A program made the translations under genes and the position numbers. The notes beneath the pieces are model-generated. The model was not told where the DNA came from and did no database searches. It saw nothing but the letters and a program-made list of their open reading frames with translations. From positions 32,001 to 96,000 of the forward strand of contig JBHLOI010000006.1 of NCBI GenBank assembly GCA_048940645.1: 64,000 bases of DNA, read 5' to 3'. This DNA comes from Promethearchaeota archaeon (GTDB lineage Archaea; Asgardarchaeota; Lokiarchaeia; Sigyniarchaeales; SOKP01). Shown here piece by piece: positions 28,532-38,082 of this stretch (position 1 is the stretch's first letter; each line of letters starts with the position of its first letter).

Positions 28532-29302
28532 CTAATTTAAAGTTGCTTGTGCTGCTTTTATTATTTCAAATAAGGAATCTGCTTGTAGAGAAGCGCCTCC
28601 TACTAGCCCTCCATCAATATTCTCTTTTCTAAATAAATCTTCAGCATTATTTGGTTTTATTGAACCACCATATTGGATTCTTACACTTTGAGCTGTATCT
28701 TTATCATAATAGGTATCTAATAATTCACGAATGTAGAGATGTATCTCTTCAGCCTGCTCTGGTGTGGCTGTTCTACCTGTTCCTATTGCCCAAATTGGTT
28801 CGTAAGCAATTATTGTTTTTCTTATTTCTAGTTTAGTTAGATCCTTAAATGTATTCCTGAATTGATTAAGAATAATTTCTTTAGTTCTACCAGCTTCTCT
28901 ATCTTCAAGGTGTTCTCCTATACATACTATTGGATTTAAACTCACGGATAAAGCTTTTTTCAACTTTTTATTTATTAATTCATCAGTCTCTTGAAAAATA
29001 TCCCTCCTTTCACTATGTCCCAGTATAACATATTCGCAACCAATATTTTTAATGAATATAGGAGAAATTTCTCCTGTAAAAGCTCCTTTTTCTTCAAAAT
29101 ACATATTTTGAGCTCCAACCTTTATTTGTGTCTTTTTAAGAGTATTAAAAATTGTATTTAAAACTGTATATGGCGGAAAGATAATAATTTCAACTGAGGT
29201 TTTCTTTTTTAGATAGGATTTAAGGTCTTGAATCATTTTTAAAGCTTCTTTAGGCGTTCCTCGATTCATTTTCCAATTTGCACCAATAACTGGTTTTCTC
29301 AT
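28532..29302 (-). CDS. tpiA: Triosephosphate isomerase (bacterial/eukaryotic long type)
   Basis: GANWKMN, GHSERR, AYEPIWAIGTG, YGGSIKP, LVGGASL. ATG at 29302 preferred (track start 29311). Confidence 0.97.
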   Translation of the reverse strand: MRKPVIGANWKMNRGTPKEALKMIQDLKSYLKKKTSVEIIIFPPYTVLNTIFNTLKKTQIKVGAQNMYFEEKGAFTGEISPIFIKNIGCEYVILGHSERRDIFQETDELINKKLKKALSVSLNPIVCIGEHLEDREAGRTKEIILNQFRNTFKDLTKLEIRKTIIAYEPIWAIGTGRTATPEQAEEIHLYIRELLDTYYDKDTAQSVRIQYGGSIKPNNAEDLFRKENIDGGLVGGASLQADSLFEIIKAAQATLN

Positions 29303-29434
29303 CAAATTCACTTCTTTAATGATTATTAATTTTAAATAAATCTATCTTCAATCTAATTTCAATTTTAAGAAGGATTATAATGTTAAAGATTCTAAAAAAT
29401 AAAATTGTTTTTAAAAAGAGTATCAAAAGAAAAA

Positions 29435-29938
29435 TTAATCTTCTTTCTTAAGTTTTTCAGCTAATTTTGTTGTTTCTAAAAGTTTTTGTACTTCATTAAC
29501 ATCAGGAGTCAAAACTTTTGGTAAACCAAGTTGATCTCTCCTTCTTTCTATCGCTGGTTGCATCGGGATTGCTTTTCCATTTTCCAAAATTGTTGAAGCC
29601 TGAGTAGTATAGTAATCAGGAGCTTCTCCCCGATCAACGCTCATATTTTTTAGAATAGTAAAGATTTCAGTAAGTTCAACCTTTTGAGGGCAAACCTCAT
29701 CACAGGTATCACAAACTGTGCATCCCCAGATATTAAATGCGTTTTCCTTACCAAAAATCTTTTCTTTTAGCCCAAGGAGAGCATCTAAAATCAATCTTCT
29801 TGGATTATAACGTCCATTAGTGACTTGTGCTACCGGACATGCTCCACTGCAAGTAGCACACTGATAACAATAAGCAAGCGTACTCCCAATATCAGATTGG
29901 ATGATTTGGTTTCTAAAATCAAAATCTATTGTTGCCAT
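29435..29938 (-). CDS. hdrC: Heterodisulfide reductase subunit C-like 2x[4Fe-4S] protein
   Basis: CYQCATCSGACP, YNPRRLI, IWGCTVCDTCDEVCPQKV. Confidence 0.85.
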   Translation of the reverse strand: MATIDFDFRNQIIQSDIGSTLAYCYQCATCSGACPVAQVTNGRYNPRRLILDALLGLKEKIFGKENAFNIWGCTVCDTCDEVCPQKVELTEIFTILKNMSVDRGEAPDYYTTQASTILENGKAIPMQPAIERRRDQLGLPKVLTPDVNEVQKLLETTKLAEKLKKED

Positions 29939-30131
29939 TTTAATTATATGAGATTTACTTAAACTTATATATTAATAACTCTCATTCTATTTTAAAATTA
30001 ATTCTTTTATTTTTCAATCAAAATCATTTTAAAAAAGATATTTTAAACATTTTTAATGAAATTAATAAGGTTTATAAGAGGTAGGTAAAAAAAAGATAAA
30101 ATCAATTTTTTAAATATATTTTTATGAAAAA

Positions 30132-30488
30132 TTAAATTTTCGCTATAATACTTTTTAAAACATTCTCTCCGGCAGCTCCTATCATTATTCCATCTATTAC
30201 TGAAGCTTGACCTGGAATCTCAATAGTACCGTCAACCATTTTGCCATCTTTAAAAAATAAAAGCGTTGGGATAGCTGTCACACCAAACCTTTCACCTAGA
30301 GGTCTATTTTGTTCTAAATCTACAGTTAGTAATTTTATAAGCCCCTCTTCCTTGAGCTTTTCTAAGATTGGACTTAAAAATTTGCAGGGATTACACCAAA
30401 CCGTATAAATATCACATATTAAGACCCCTTCCTTCATATCCTCAGTAATATCGAGTCCATAATTTTTTAGTTCTTCGATATTAGTCAT
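30132..30488 (-). CDS. Thioredoxin
   Basis: WCNPC active site and the cis-Pro motif AIPTLLFFKDG. Confidence 0.92.
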   Translation of the reverse strand: MTNIEELKNYGLDITEDMKEGVLICDIYTVWCNPCKFLSPILEKLKEEGLIKLLTVDLEQNRPLGERFGVTAIPTLLFFKDGKMVDGTIEIPGQASVIDGIMIGAAGENVLKSIIAKI

Positions 30489-30639
30489 ATAATCTCAACC
30501 TTTAATATTTACAAATTTTGCTAAAGTTAATTTTAATAATGTACGAAATAATAAATTATTTTGGTTAATATTGATAGGAATAATTAATTTGAGTTTATAT
30601 TAGTTTCATTTATAAAAAATCAAGGAGCTAACAAGAAAA

Positions 30640-30661
30640 GTTATGAATTTCTTCTCATAAC
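30640..30661. promoter_or_regulatory. Perfect 7-bp inverted repeat GTTATGA-N8-TCATAAC in a divergent intergenic region, possible regulator site
   Basis: Seen directly between the divergent thioredoxin and V4R genes; flanks (ACAAGAAAAG / CTCTTTTGT) extend it imperfectly. Function is inferred. Confidence 0.3.
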
Positions 30662-30780
30662 AAATCTCTTTTGTATAATTAAAATCTCATCTATTTAAAA
30701 TTCGAATTTGTATCATAAATGTTAAATTAGATTATCCTTTTTCAATTATTATTTAAATTTTGATTTTTCTGAGTGAATTA

Positions 30781-31293
30781 ATGATGAGTTATACAAGGAA
30801 AGATTTAGTACAATCAGATGCTACTATGAATCAAATGCGTAATGCAATTTATCACCTTGAACGTTTTATGAAGAATAATAGTATTTCTGAAATTAAACAA
30901 AGATTTCATAGAATGGGTCAAAATATTGCTAATACCTACATTAAACATTGGAAACCCATTGATAAGGTAGATATTACAAATATAAAGAGTGTTCTCGCTA
31001 CTATTTATAAAAATATCTTAAATAGCTCAGTTTCAATTGAGATCAATGATTATGAAAAACTTATTATAATAAGAGATAGTGATTGCCCTCTATGTAAATA
31101 TCATTTTGAAGATATTCAAGTAGCTGGATGTGAAATTATAGCAGCAATGGTAATCGAACTTGTTTCATTGATAAATAAACAAGCAACTAATAATTCTTCA
31201 TTCTCTATTCATCCTATTGAAATTAAAGAATCACGTACTTTTGGTAATAAATCATGTATTCAACTATTTAAGTATGATAACGGAGGAGAATAA
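30781..31293 (+). CDS. Single-domain V4R / Bet3(TRAPP)-like protein
   Basis: HRMGQNIA resembles the Bet3 xxMGYNIG helix; DCPLC...GCE...ESRTFGNKSC V4R cysteine pattern. ATG 30781 preferred. Confidence 0.65.
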   Translation: MMSYTRKDLVQSDATMNQMRNAIYHLERFMKNNSISEIKQRFHRMGQNIANTYIKHWKPIDKVDITNIKSVLATIYKNILNSSVSIEINDYEKLIIIRDSDCPLCKYHFEDIQVAGCEIIAAMVIELVSLINKQATNNSSFSIHPIEIKESRTFGNKSCIQLFKYDNGGE

Positions 31294-31294
31294 G

Positions 31295-32770
31295 ATGGGT
31301 GTTGTTCAATGGTTATTAAAAAAGATTACAAAAGTTTTTGGTCGTAGTACTAATTCTCTTTTCTATACACTTCTTTATCGTGAAATTCTCAAAGAGATTA
31401 ATGAAATTACTGAGAATGAACAAGATAGTTTAATCATTTTAAGAGAAGTTGGTAAAAATGCTGCTTTAGAATCATGTGAGCGCCATTCAGGTATATTTAG
31501 GTGGATGCCTGGCAATCCTAAAAAAGTTCTTGAATACTTTGAACTATTATGGGTGGTCGTATTTGGAAAGGAGATTGCAGAAGGAGATTTAACACATGAA
31601 GAAATACCTAAGAAGGATTCAAAATATAATGATTATATAATCACAATTAAGAATTGTCCAATTTGCGCTGGTTATGGACTAGATGAGAAAGACACTTTTA
31701 ACTTTCAAAAAATAAAGAATCAGGAAACTGAAGGATTAGCTTGCGGCTTATGTGGAATGCTGGAAAGTGTAGCCAACTTTATTCTTAAAATAAAGAGAAA
31801 TGATTATCGAATTAACATAGTAGAGCAAAAATGTAAGGCAAAAGGAGATGAATCTCTTCAGTTTATATGTAAAATTTATGATCTTGCTGAATGGAAGGAA
31901 ATCACTGCGATTCAAATACAAAATCAATTAAAATCTAGTGTATTTCTTGAAGAAAGAATGGAAGAGGACCTTATTCAAGAGACAAAATTAGATATTATAG
32001 ATAAATTACAAGATGCTCTTTCATTAGATAAAATTGAAGAATTACTTGATGAGCCATTAGAAGGAATAAAGAGAAAGGTAGCAGAAATTATTGAGGATAA
32101 GCTCAATATGGAACCAGAACATTTCTTTGATTACTTTACGAATTATGAAGATGATATGATTAGAATAATTGGTTTTTTAACTATACATGTTTTTAATGAA
32201 TATGGAGGATTAGTGGAAAAAATATTAGAAAATGAAACTTTTGCGAAAGTTGCAGGTTATCTATTTAAACAATTAAGGGAATTTGCTTTACTTTTCCTTC
32301 CTATAGATGTAATAAATGATTATCATCACCTTTTGATAAGTTTCCTTGAAGGACTTGCTCCAGCAGATATGGTTGAAAATGTAAAGAAATTTTCAGGAAA
32401 AGATGATATAAATTTCCTATTTGAAGGTGCTCAAATCGCTTTAGAGAATTTAGGTATTAATTTTTCAGAATTAAAAGAAAATGTTTGGGAAGAATTAAGA
32501 AGAGAAAAAGAAGGTGAGTTAATTTCCTCTGAAGAATCGATGATAGAAAAAACAGAAGAAAAATTTCCAAAGATAATAGGAATTATCCAAGAAGTTCTAA
32601 TGCTCTTCAATCAAATACTTACGTTACCTATACGCGTTTTAGTCTCTGAAAGTCATTATGGCTTGAAAACTGCCATTAATTCAGTTGTCTCAGAAGAAGA
32701 AGGATTATTTGGTAGCATCAAAGGAAGGATTGATACTATTTTTGATTATATTCAAGAAATAAGAAAGTAA
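31295..32770 (+). CDS. V4R-domain protein with a long acidic all-helical C-terminal region
   Basis: LREVGKNAA, KNCPIC, ACGLCGMLE, EQKCKAKGD. ATG 31295 follows a GGAGG SD, 1 nt after the upstream stop (track start 31217 is too long). Confidence 0.7.
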   Translation: MGVVQWLLKKITKVFGRSTNSLFYTLLYREILKEINEITENEQDSLIILREVGKNAALESCERHSGIFRWMPGNPKKVLEYFELLWVVVFGKEIAEGDLTHEEIPKKDSKYNDYIITIKNCPICAGYGLDEKDTFNFQKIKNQETEGLACGLCGMLESVANFILKIKRNDYRINIVEQKCKAKGDESLQFICKIYDLAEWKEITAIQIQNQLKSSVFLEERMEEDLIQETKLDIIDKLQDALSLDKIEELLDEPLEGIKRKVAEIIEDKLNMEPEHFFDYFTNYEDDMIRIIGFLTIHVFNEYGGLVEKILENETFAKVAGYLFKQLREFALLFLPIDVINDYHHLLISFLEGLAPADMVENVKKFSGKDDINFLFEGAQIALENLGINFSELKENVWEELRREKEGELISSEESMIEKTEEKFPKIIGIIQEVLMLFNQILTLPIRVLVSESHYGLKTAINSVVSEEEGLFGSIKGRIDTIFDYIQEIRK

Positions 32771-32883
32771 ATCTCTTTGAAAATTCTATTTTTTTAAATT
32801 AATCGCAAAATAACTAAGTTTTTAGCCCAGTAGTAGATCCGCTTTTTCAAAGAAAGTAAAATAATAAAAAAAATAAATAAAAT

Positions 32884-33591
32884 TTAGGTTTTTATTCCGA
32901 GATATATTAAAATGCTACTAATAATAACTCCAAATCTAACAATAGATACCGCAATTATAGGAGGAACTACTGAATCAAAAGCTACAATAATTGCAAAGAC
33001 AATAAAGCCAATTGCTAGATATAGAAACTTCTTTCTTAAAATCCCTGTTGCTTGTTTAGCTTTCACCAAGAAGCCAATACCGTTAAAAATTAAAATAGAT
33101 AGTATAAAAACAATTAAAAAGTAGGACGTGTAATAGGAATAATCACTAGATGTATCAATCAAGTCTGTACCAGGGCCAAGGGGGGGCGGAGTAAATTCAA
33201 AAGAACCTATAGGGTTCGAAAAAAGAAAATATTCATAAACAACACTTATAATAAGGAAAATCCCCACTAGAATCCATTTCTTTTTTGGTATCAATAATTC
33301 TCCACCAATATACATACCCAAAGTTATACCCGGAGCGGCCCACATATAACTTAGTAATGGATATACCCAAATTGGGTCAATATTAGTATCTGTTATAAGG
33401 ATTTTGATAAAATCCGTGGTTGGGCCTAACCACAATAATCCAATAAAAATAATAGTCAACGCAGTAACAGTAAGAAGTTTAGCTTTCAATTTATTTGCTC
33501 TATATAAACCATAAAAGCCTATTATTATATTTATAGTAAGTACACCCAAAGCAGAAATTCCGTTAAGCCATCCTTCAATGGTAGCAAACAA
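32884..33591 (-). CDS. Seven-TM integral membrane protein of unknown function
   Basis: About seven hydrophobic helices; TTG start 9 nt after AGGTGA. Confidence 0.75.
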   Translation of the reverse strand: MFATIEGWLNGISALGVLTINIIIGFYGLYRANKLKAKLLTVTALTIIFIGLLWLGPTTDFIKILITDTNIDPIWVYPLLSYMWAAPGITLGMYIGGELLIPKKKWILVGIFLIISVVYEYFLFSNPIGSFEFTPPPLGPGTDLIDTSSDYSYYTSYFLIVFILSILIFNGIGFLVKAKQATGILRKKFLYLAIGFIVFAIIVAFDSVVPPIIAVSIVRFGVIISSILIYLGIKT

Positions 33592-33656
33592 TTTTATGAT
33601 TCACCTTTTTATAATTTATAATTTAATTTTTAATACTTTACATATTATAGAATTGA

Positions 33657-33875
33657 TTTTATTTAAAAGATATAATAATATACGGGTATGCAATATTTAT
33701 ACTTTTAGAACAATTTGGGTCATTAATGATAGGGACTGGATTTGGATGGCTACTGTTAATACTAACTATTTTATTCTGAGCATTTTTTGGGACACTCGGA
33801 GGAATTATTGATAATGGATTGTTAGTCATGTTTAGATTTTACCTTAAGAGAAAAATAACTAGGAATGGTGATTAA
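33657..33875 (+). pseudogene. Probable remnant of a small membrane-protein gene with an in-frame TGA
   Basis: Frame reads ...GSLMIGTGFGWLLLILTILF*AFFGTLGGIIDNGLLVMFRFYLKRK; TGA at 33777-33779; no convincing start. Confidence 0.4.
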
Positions 33876-33936
33876 GTTCTGTTCAAGGGGTTAAAGAAAA
33901 TTATCATTTTTTATTATTTTTTAATAGTTTAGTTTA

Positions 33937-35238
33937 TTAATCCTTTATATCAACTTCTTTATCCAAATATATTTTATGAAACCAATCCACAATATATTGA
34001 AGAAAAACACGTTCTCTAAGAACATCATAATGAGATTTTTCTTTTAAACTCGTAAGTTTTGCAATATCTTCAGATCTTAACTTACCATCTGCTAACAATT
34101 CCATTCTAGCTTTAAATTGGTCGATCATTTCAATTGGCCTTAATATTTTAGAAATTCTTTTTGAAATTTTATTTATTAACTTTTGAAGATGTTCTTTTTT
34201 ATCGATTGAAATCGAAATATTAGAATCAAAAAAAAACTTAATTTTACGTAAAATCTCCTCCTTTTTATAAAAGTTAATTAGGTTCTTAGGTTTAAGTAAT
34301 TCCAAGAGATATAGAATTAATTTATCTGTAATTGAGCCCTCGATATTAAGATCAATTAATTCTTGCTTGAGTTTTAATAAAAACTGTTCTGTTAAGAATT
34401 CTTTATATTTGATAATTATTGCTTCATTTTCTTTGACATCTGAACATATTTCAATTACTTCACCTTTGGGTGTTGAAAAGGTGAATCCAAATCCTTGAGG
34501 ACCTATACCATATAAAATAACCATTGATAAGTTATAGAATTTATATTGTTCGTGAGAAGTATTTTTTTTTATGTTATTTAAGATGTTTTTTGGTGAAACT
34601 AAATGTTTTTTATTTGCAAATTTAAACTCGATAAGTTTCTCATTTTTATTCACATAGTTCTTATTAAATGAACAAATGAAATCCTCCAAATTACCCAACA
34701 ATTTAATGCTTAATCCATAAACGTTATATTCGTTCAAATAGTTTAAGATTAAATCTATGTCATAACCATCATTAGAATAAAAAGAATATTCGCTAAAATA
34801 ATTGTCATAATACCTATATAAATTGGAAGGCATTAATTTCCTAACATATAAGATAAAACTATTAGAAACACTTCCAAATAAATCTATTAAATTAGAAATG
34901 AATAGAGAATCATTCTTAATATTTTCAACAATTTTTAATTCTGAATCAGTTAAATCTTTATCAACTAAATTGTATTTATTAACAAATCTCAAAATATTAA
35001 AAATTTCACCTAAATTAAGATTTCTAATACATTCTATTAATAAATTGGAGACTATTTCAATTCGATTTGGAATTTTACGGGGATTGATAAAAATATCTAA
35101 ATCTATTGATTTCTCAATTAGCTTTCTAATTTTTTCAAATTTTTTAATTTTTAAAAAGTAAGATATATATCCATAATATTTATTTTCTAACTCTCTTCTT
35201 TCTGATTCATTTTGCATACTCAAGTTGAACTCATCCAA
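33937..35238 (-). CDS. Hypothetical protein
   Basis: 433-aa ORF with a conserved-looking core YGIGPQGFGFTFSTPKGEVIEICSD. No family recognised. Confidence 0.7.
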   Translation of the reverse strand: MDEFNLSMQNESERRELENKYYGYISYFLKIKKFEKIRKLIEKSIDLDIFINPRKIPNRIEIVSNLLIECIRNLNLGEIFNILRFVNKYNLVDKDLTDSELKIVENIKNDSLFISNLIDLFGSVSNSFILYVRKLMPSNLYRYYDNYFSEYSFYSNDGYDIDLILNYLNEYNVYGLSIKLLGNLEDFICSFNKNYVNKNEKLIEFKFANKKHLVSPKNILNNIKKNTSHEQYKFYNLSMVILYGIGPQGFGFTFSTPKGEVIEICSDVKENEAIIIKYKEFLTEQFLLKLKQELIDLNIEGSITDKLILYLLELLKPKNLINFYKKEEILRKIKFFFDSNISISIDKKEHLQKLINKISKRISKILRPIEMIDQFKARMELLADGKLRSEDIAKLTSLKEKSHYDVLRERVFLQYIVDWFHKIYLDKEVDIKD

Positions 35239-35339
35239 TCCCTTTTTTCATAGATTGACTTAAAGCTTGAATTTTCTTGTGATAGTTTTAAAGAATAAGT
35301 AATTTTAAAATCATTCATATAATTTTTATATCATTAAAA

Positions 35340-35711
35340 TTAATCCAATAGAGCTGCTATTCTATTTGCTACACTCTGAATGTTGAGAAAAACCATTCCT
35401 AAACTTGCATTTGCATGGCATAATGTACATAATATAGCATTTTCACCAGCTTTAGACAGAATTATAATTCCACTTACTCCCTCAATAAGAATCCTTTTTA
35501 AACCTCCACGATCTAATTCCTCAACCGCTCTTTCTGATACACTCTGAATTGCTGCTGACATAGCAGATACAATACCATCATTTACATCACGGCTTAAAAC
35601 AGAACAAATTGGAAGTCCTTGTACACTAACAATAGCCGACCCCTCTATATCCGAATTTACAGCAGATAATTTTCTTAGCAGATCTGTAAGTTCACTGATG
35701 TTTTCAGACAA
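35340..35711 (-). CDS. Roadblock/LC7 (MglB-like) protein
   Basis: IEGSAIVSVQGLPI, VSAMSAA, EELDRGGLKRILIEG, ASLGMV; TTG start after GGAGG. Confidence 0.92.
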   Translation of the reverse strand: MSENISELTDLLRKLSAVNSDIEGSAIVSVQGLPICSVLSRDVNDGIVSAMSAAIQSVSERAVEELDRGGLKRILIEGVSGIIILSKAGENAILCTLCHANASLGMVFLNIQSVANRIAALLD

Positions 35712-35944
35712 AATTTAATTCCTCCATAATGTATTACGTTGTAGAATTAATCTCCTTAACTTTTTCCTCAACAATAATTCAAATTAAATGGGTGATAAAT
35801 TATTCAATTATATGATCTATTAAAATTAACTATATTTAATTATTAATATTTACTTTATTTATTTTTATTTTTATTTTTAGTTATAGTGTGAAATAATAAG
35901 CTTTTAAAAAATATTTTTATCAATATTTACATTTACTGATTTTA

Positions 35945-36925
35945 ATGAGTAAGGATCAAAAATTAAAAAGTAAACCTGATGAAAAGAAAAGCAAAGAGGA
36001 ATTAGAAAAAGAGGCTGAAGAAAAACAACATGAAATTGAATCACTAAGAAAAGCTGGAAAAATTGCTCAAGAAGTTAAAAGTTTTATTAAACCAAGGATA
36101 AAAATAGATACCAAGGTTTTAGATTTAATTGAATCAACAGAATCAAAAATAGTGGAATTAGGAGGAAGCTGTGCTTTTCCTGTAAATATAGGAATAAATA
36201 ATATAGCAGCTCATTACACATCTCCATTAAAAGACGATAATCTTGTGATAAAGAATGGAGATATTGTAAAAATTGATTTAGGGGTACATATTGACGGATA
36301 TATTGTCGATACAGCTTTCACTATAAACTTTAATGATGAAAAAGTATTAGAAAATATTATTCAAGCAACAGAAGTGGCTGTAGAAGCGGCAAAAATGATG
36401 GCTAAACCAAAAATCAATACAAAAGATATAGGAAAGAAAATTGAAGATATTGTAAGGGGATTTAAATATATTCCAATTAAAGAACTAGGAGGTCATCAAG
36501 TTGAAAGATGGACAGTTCATGGCAAAAAACAGTTACCAGAATTAGGATCTCAAGGTGGTGATATAATGGAAGAAGGAGATGCGTTTGCTGTTGAGATATT
36601 TGCCTCAACAGGAAATGGTTCTGTTCATTACACAAATGCCTCATATATATACGAACTTAATCCGTATACAGGAAGGGTTCCTTTAAGAAGAAAATTTTCA
36701 AAACAGATCTTAGGATTTATTAATAAGAATTATAAAACCCTGCCGTTTGCTGAAAGATGGTTAGGAAAAGAATTTAGAATGGGGGTTCTTTTTGGACTTC
36801 AAGAACTAGTACAACAAGATAAATTGAAGGTACATAGTGTTTTGGCAGAACAAAAAGGTACTTATGTAGCTCAAACTGAAGAAACTATATTAATAACTGA
36901 AGATGGTTATGAACAACTGACTTAA
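35945..36925 (+). CDS. map: Methionine aminopeptidase type II
   Basis: AFPVNI, AAHYT, KIDLGVHIDGYIVDTAFT, GGHQ, AVEIFAS, helical insert TLPFAERWL, QTEET. Confidence 0.96.
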   Translation: MSKDQKLKSKPDEKKSKEELEKEAEEKQHEIESLRKAGKIAQEVKSFIKPRIKIDTKVLDLIESTESKIVELGGSCAFPVNIGINNIAAHYTSPLKDDNLVIKNGDIVKIDLGVHIDGYIVDTAFTINFNDEKVLENIIQATEVAVEAAKMMAKPKINTKDIGKKIEDIVRGFKYIPIKELGGHQVERWTVHGKKQLPELGSQGGDIMEEGDAFAVEIFASTGNGSVHYTNASYIYELNPYTGRVPLRRKFSKQILGFINKNYKTLPFAERWLGKEFRMGVLFGLQELVQQDKLKVHSVLAEQKGTYVAQTEETILITEDGYEQLT

Positions 36926-36963
36926 ATAATATTAATTATCAATTGAAAAAAAAAATTCTATAT

Positions 36964-38073
36964 ATGAAAAAGTTGAAAATTGCCCTTGTTTCTCTCACAA
37001 TTTCTCCAGATAGTCAAGATGGAAGTGCAAAATTTTTTTCAGGAATATATAATTATCTGAAAAATAGAGGACATGATGTTAAAGTTATAACTGGTAGATG
37101 GAACCTTAATTTAGGTGATCCAAATGTTTCACAAATTAAAATAATTCGAAAGAGTTATTTATGGATACCTCAATTCACTTTAAAAGTCAATAGATTTTTA
37201 AGAAATACTGATTTTGATATTATTCATGGAAATGGACCTAAAGGTACTTTACCCTTACTATTATACAACAAAAAAAATTTTATCTCAACTATTCATGATC
37301 TAGGACCTATTGAATCTAGTTTTTCATTAATTCCAATTGAGAAGATATTAATTAATGAGGTTATTAAAAAGGCTAATATCATAACAACATGTTCAGAATT
37401 TACTAAACATCAAATTAAAAATTTCTTTCCTAAAATTGAAACGAATAAAATTCATAATTTATATTCGGCGATTGAAAGCAAATTTAAACCTTATCCTAAA
37501 AAAGCGGAACAACTTAAAGAAAATTTTGGCTTAAAAGGCCCTGTAGCTTTATATATTGGACGTATAGCCTTGTATAAGGATATTGAAAACGTTATTAAAG
37601 CATATAAATATGCAAAAAAAGAAATAGCTAATCTTGAATTAGTAATTGGTGGAACCCCAGATTTTTATATGAAGGAAACTTATAAAAGGTGGAAACAAAA
37701 ATATAAAGATATTCACTTTATTGGTTTCATTCCAGAAGTAGAACTTCCAATTTATTATAGTATGGGTGATGTTTTTATTACTTATTCATATTCTTCAGAG
37801 GGATTTGGGTTAACTCCAATTGAAGCAATTGCATGTGGAACACCCGTAATTTGTTCTTCTATAGGAGCGTATAAGGAAGTTTTGCAAGACAATGCTATTT
37901 TTGTTCCACCCAAAAAACCACAATTTTTAGCAAGGGAACTAATAAATTTGATTAATGATGATGAAAAGCGCAAAGAATTACTTAAGAATGCTCAAAACTT
38001 TATATCCAGATATTCGTGGAATTCTGTTGGAGAAAAATTAGAGAAAGTATATGAAAGATTTTTATCAATATAA
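36964..38073 (+). CDS. GT4-family glycosyltransferase
   Basis: STIHD, YIGRI..YK, EGFGLTPIEAIACGTPVI, YSW. Confidence 0.92.
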   Translation: MKKLKIALVSLTISPDSQDGSAKFFSGIYNYLKNRGHDVKVITGRWNLNLGDPNVSQIKIIRKSYLWIPQFTLKVNRFLRNTDFDIIHGNGPKGTLPLLLYNKKNFISTIHDLGPIESSFSLIPIEKILINEVIKKANIITTCSEFTKHQIKNFFPKIETNKIHNLYSAIESKFKPYPKKAEQLKENFGLKGPVALYIGRIALYKDIENVIKAYKYAKKEIANLELVIGGTPDFYMKETYKRWKQKYKDIHFIGFIPEVELPIYYSMGDVFITYSYSSEGFGLTPIEAIACGTPVICSSIGAYKEVLQDNAIFVPPKKPQFLARELINLINDDEKRKELLKNAQNFISRYSWNSVGEKLEKVYERFLSI

Positions 38074-38082
38074 GATGAACTT

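Noticed and set aside
29435-30488. Possible selenoproteins (HdrC, thioredoxin), since Lokiarchaeia use Sec
   Set aside because: Both ORFs have ordinary Cys codons and no in-frame TGA.
31217-31294. Track's 26-aa N-terminal extension of the second V4R gene
   Set aside because: It overlaps the upstream gene; ATG 31295 has a clear GGAGG SD.
33578-33811. 77-aa plus-strand ORF in the track
   Set aside because: It overlaps the start and SD of the 7TM gene and has no recognisable features; a different frame in the same region looks more protein-like.
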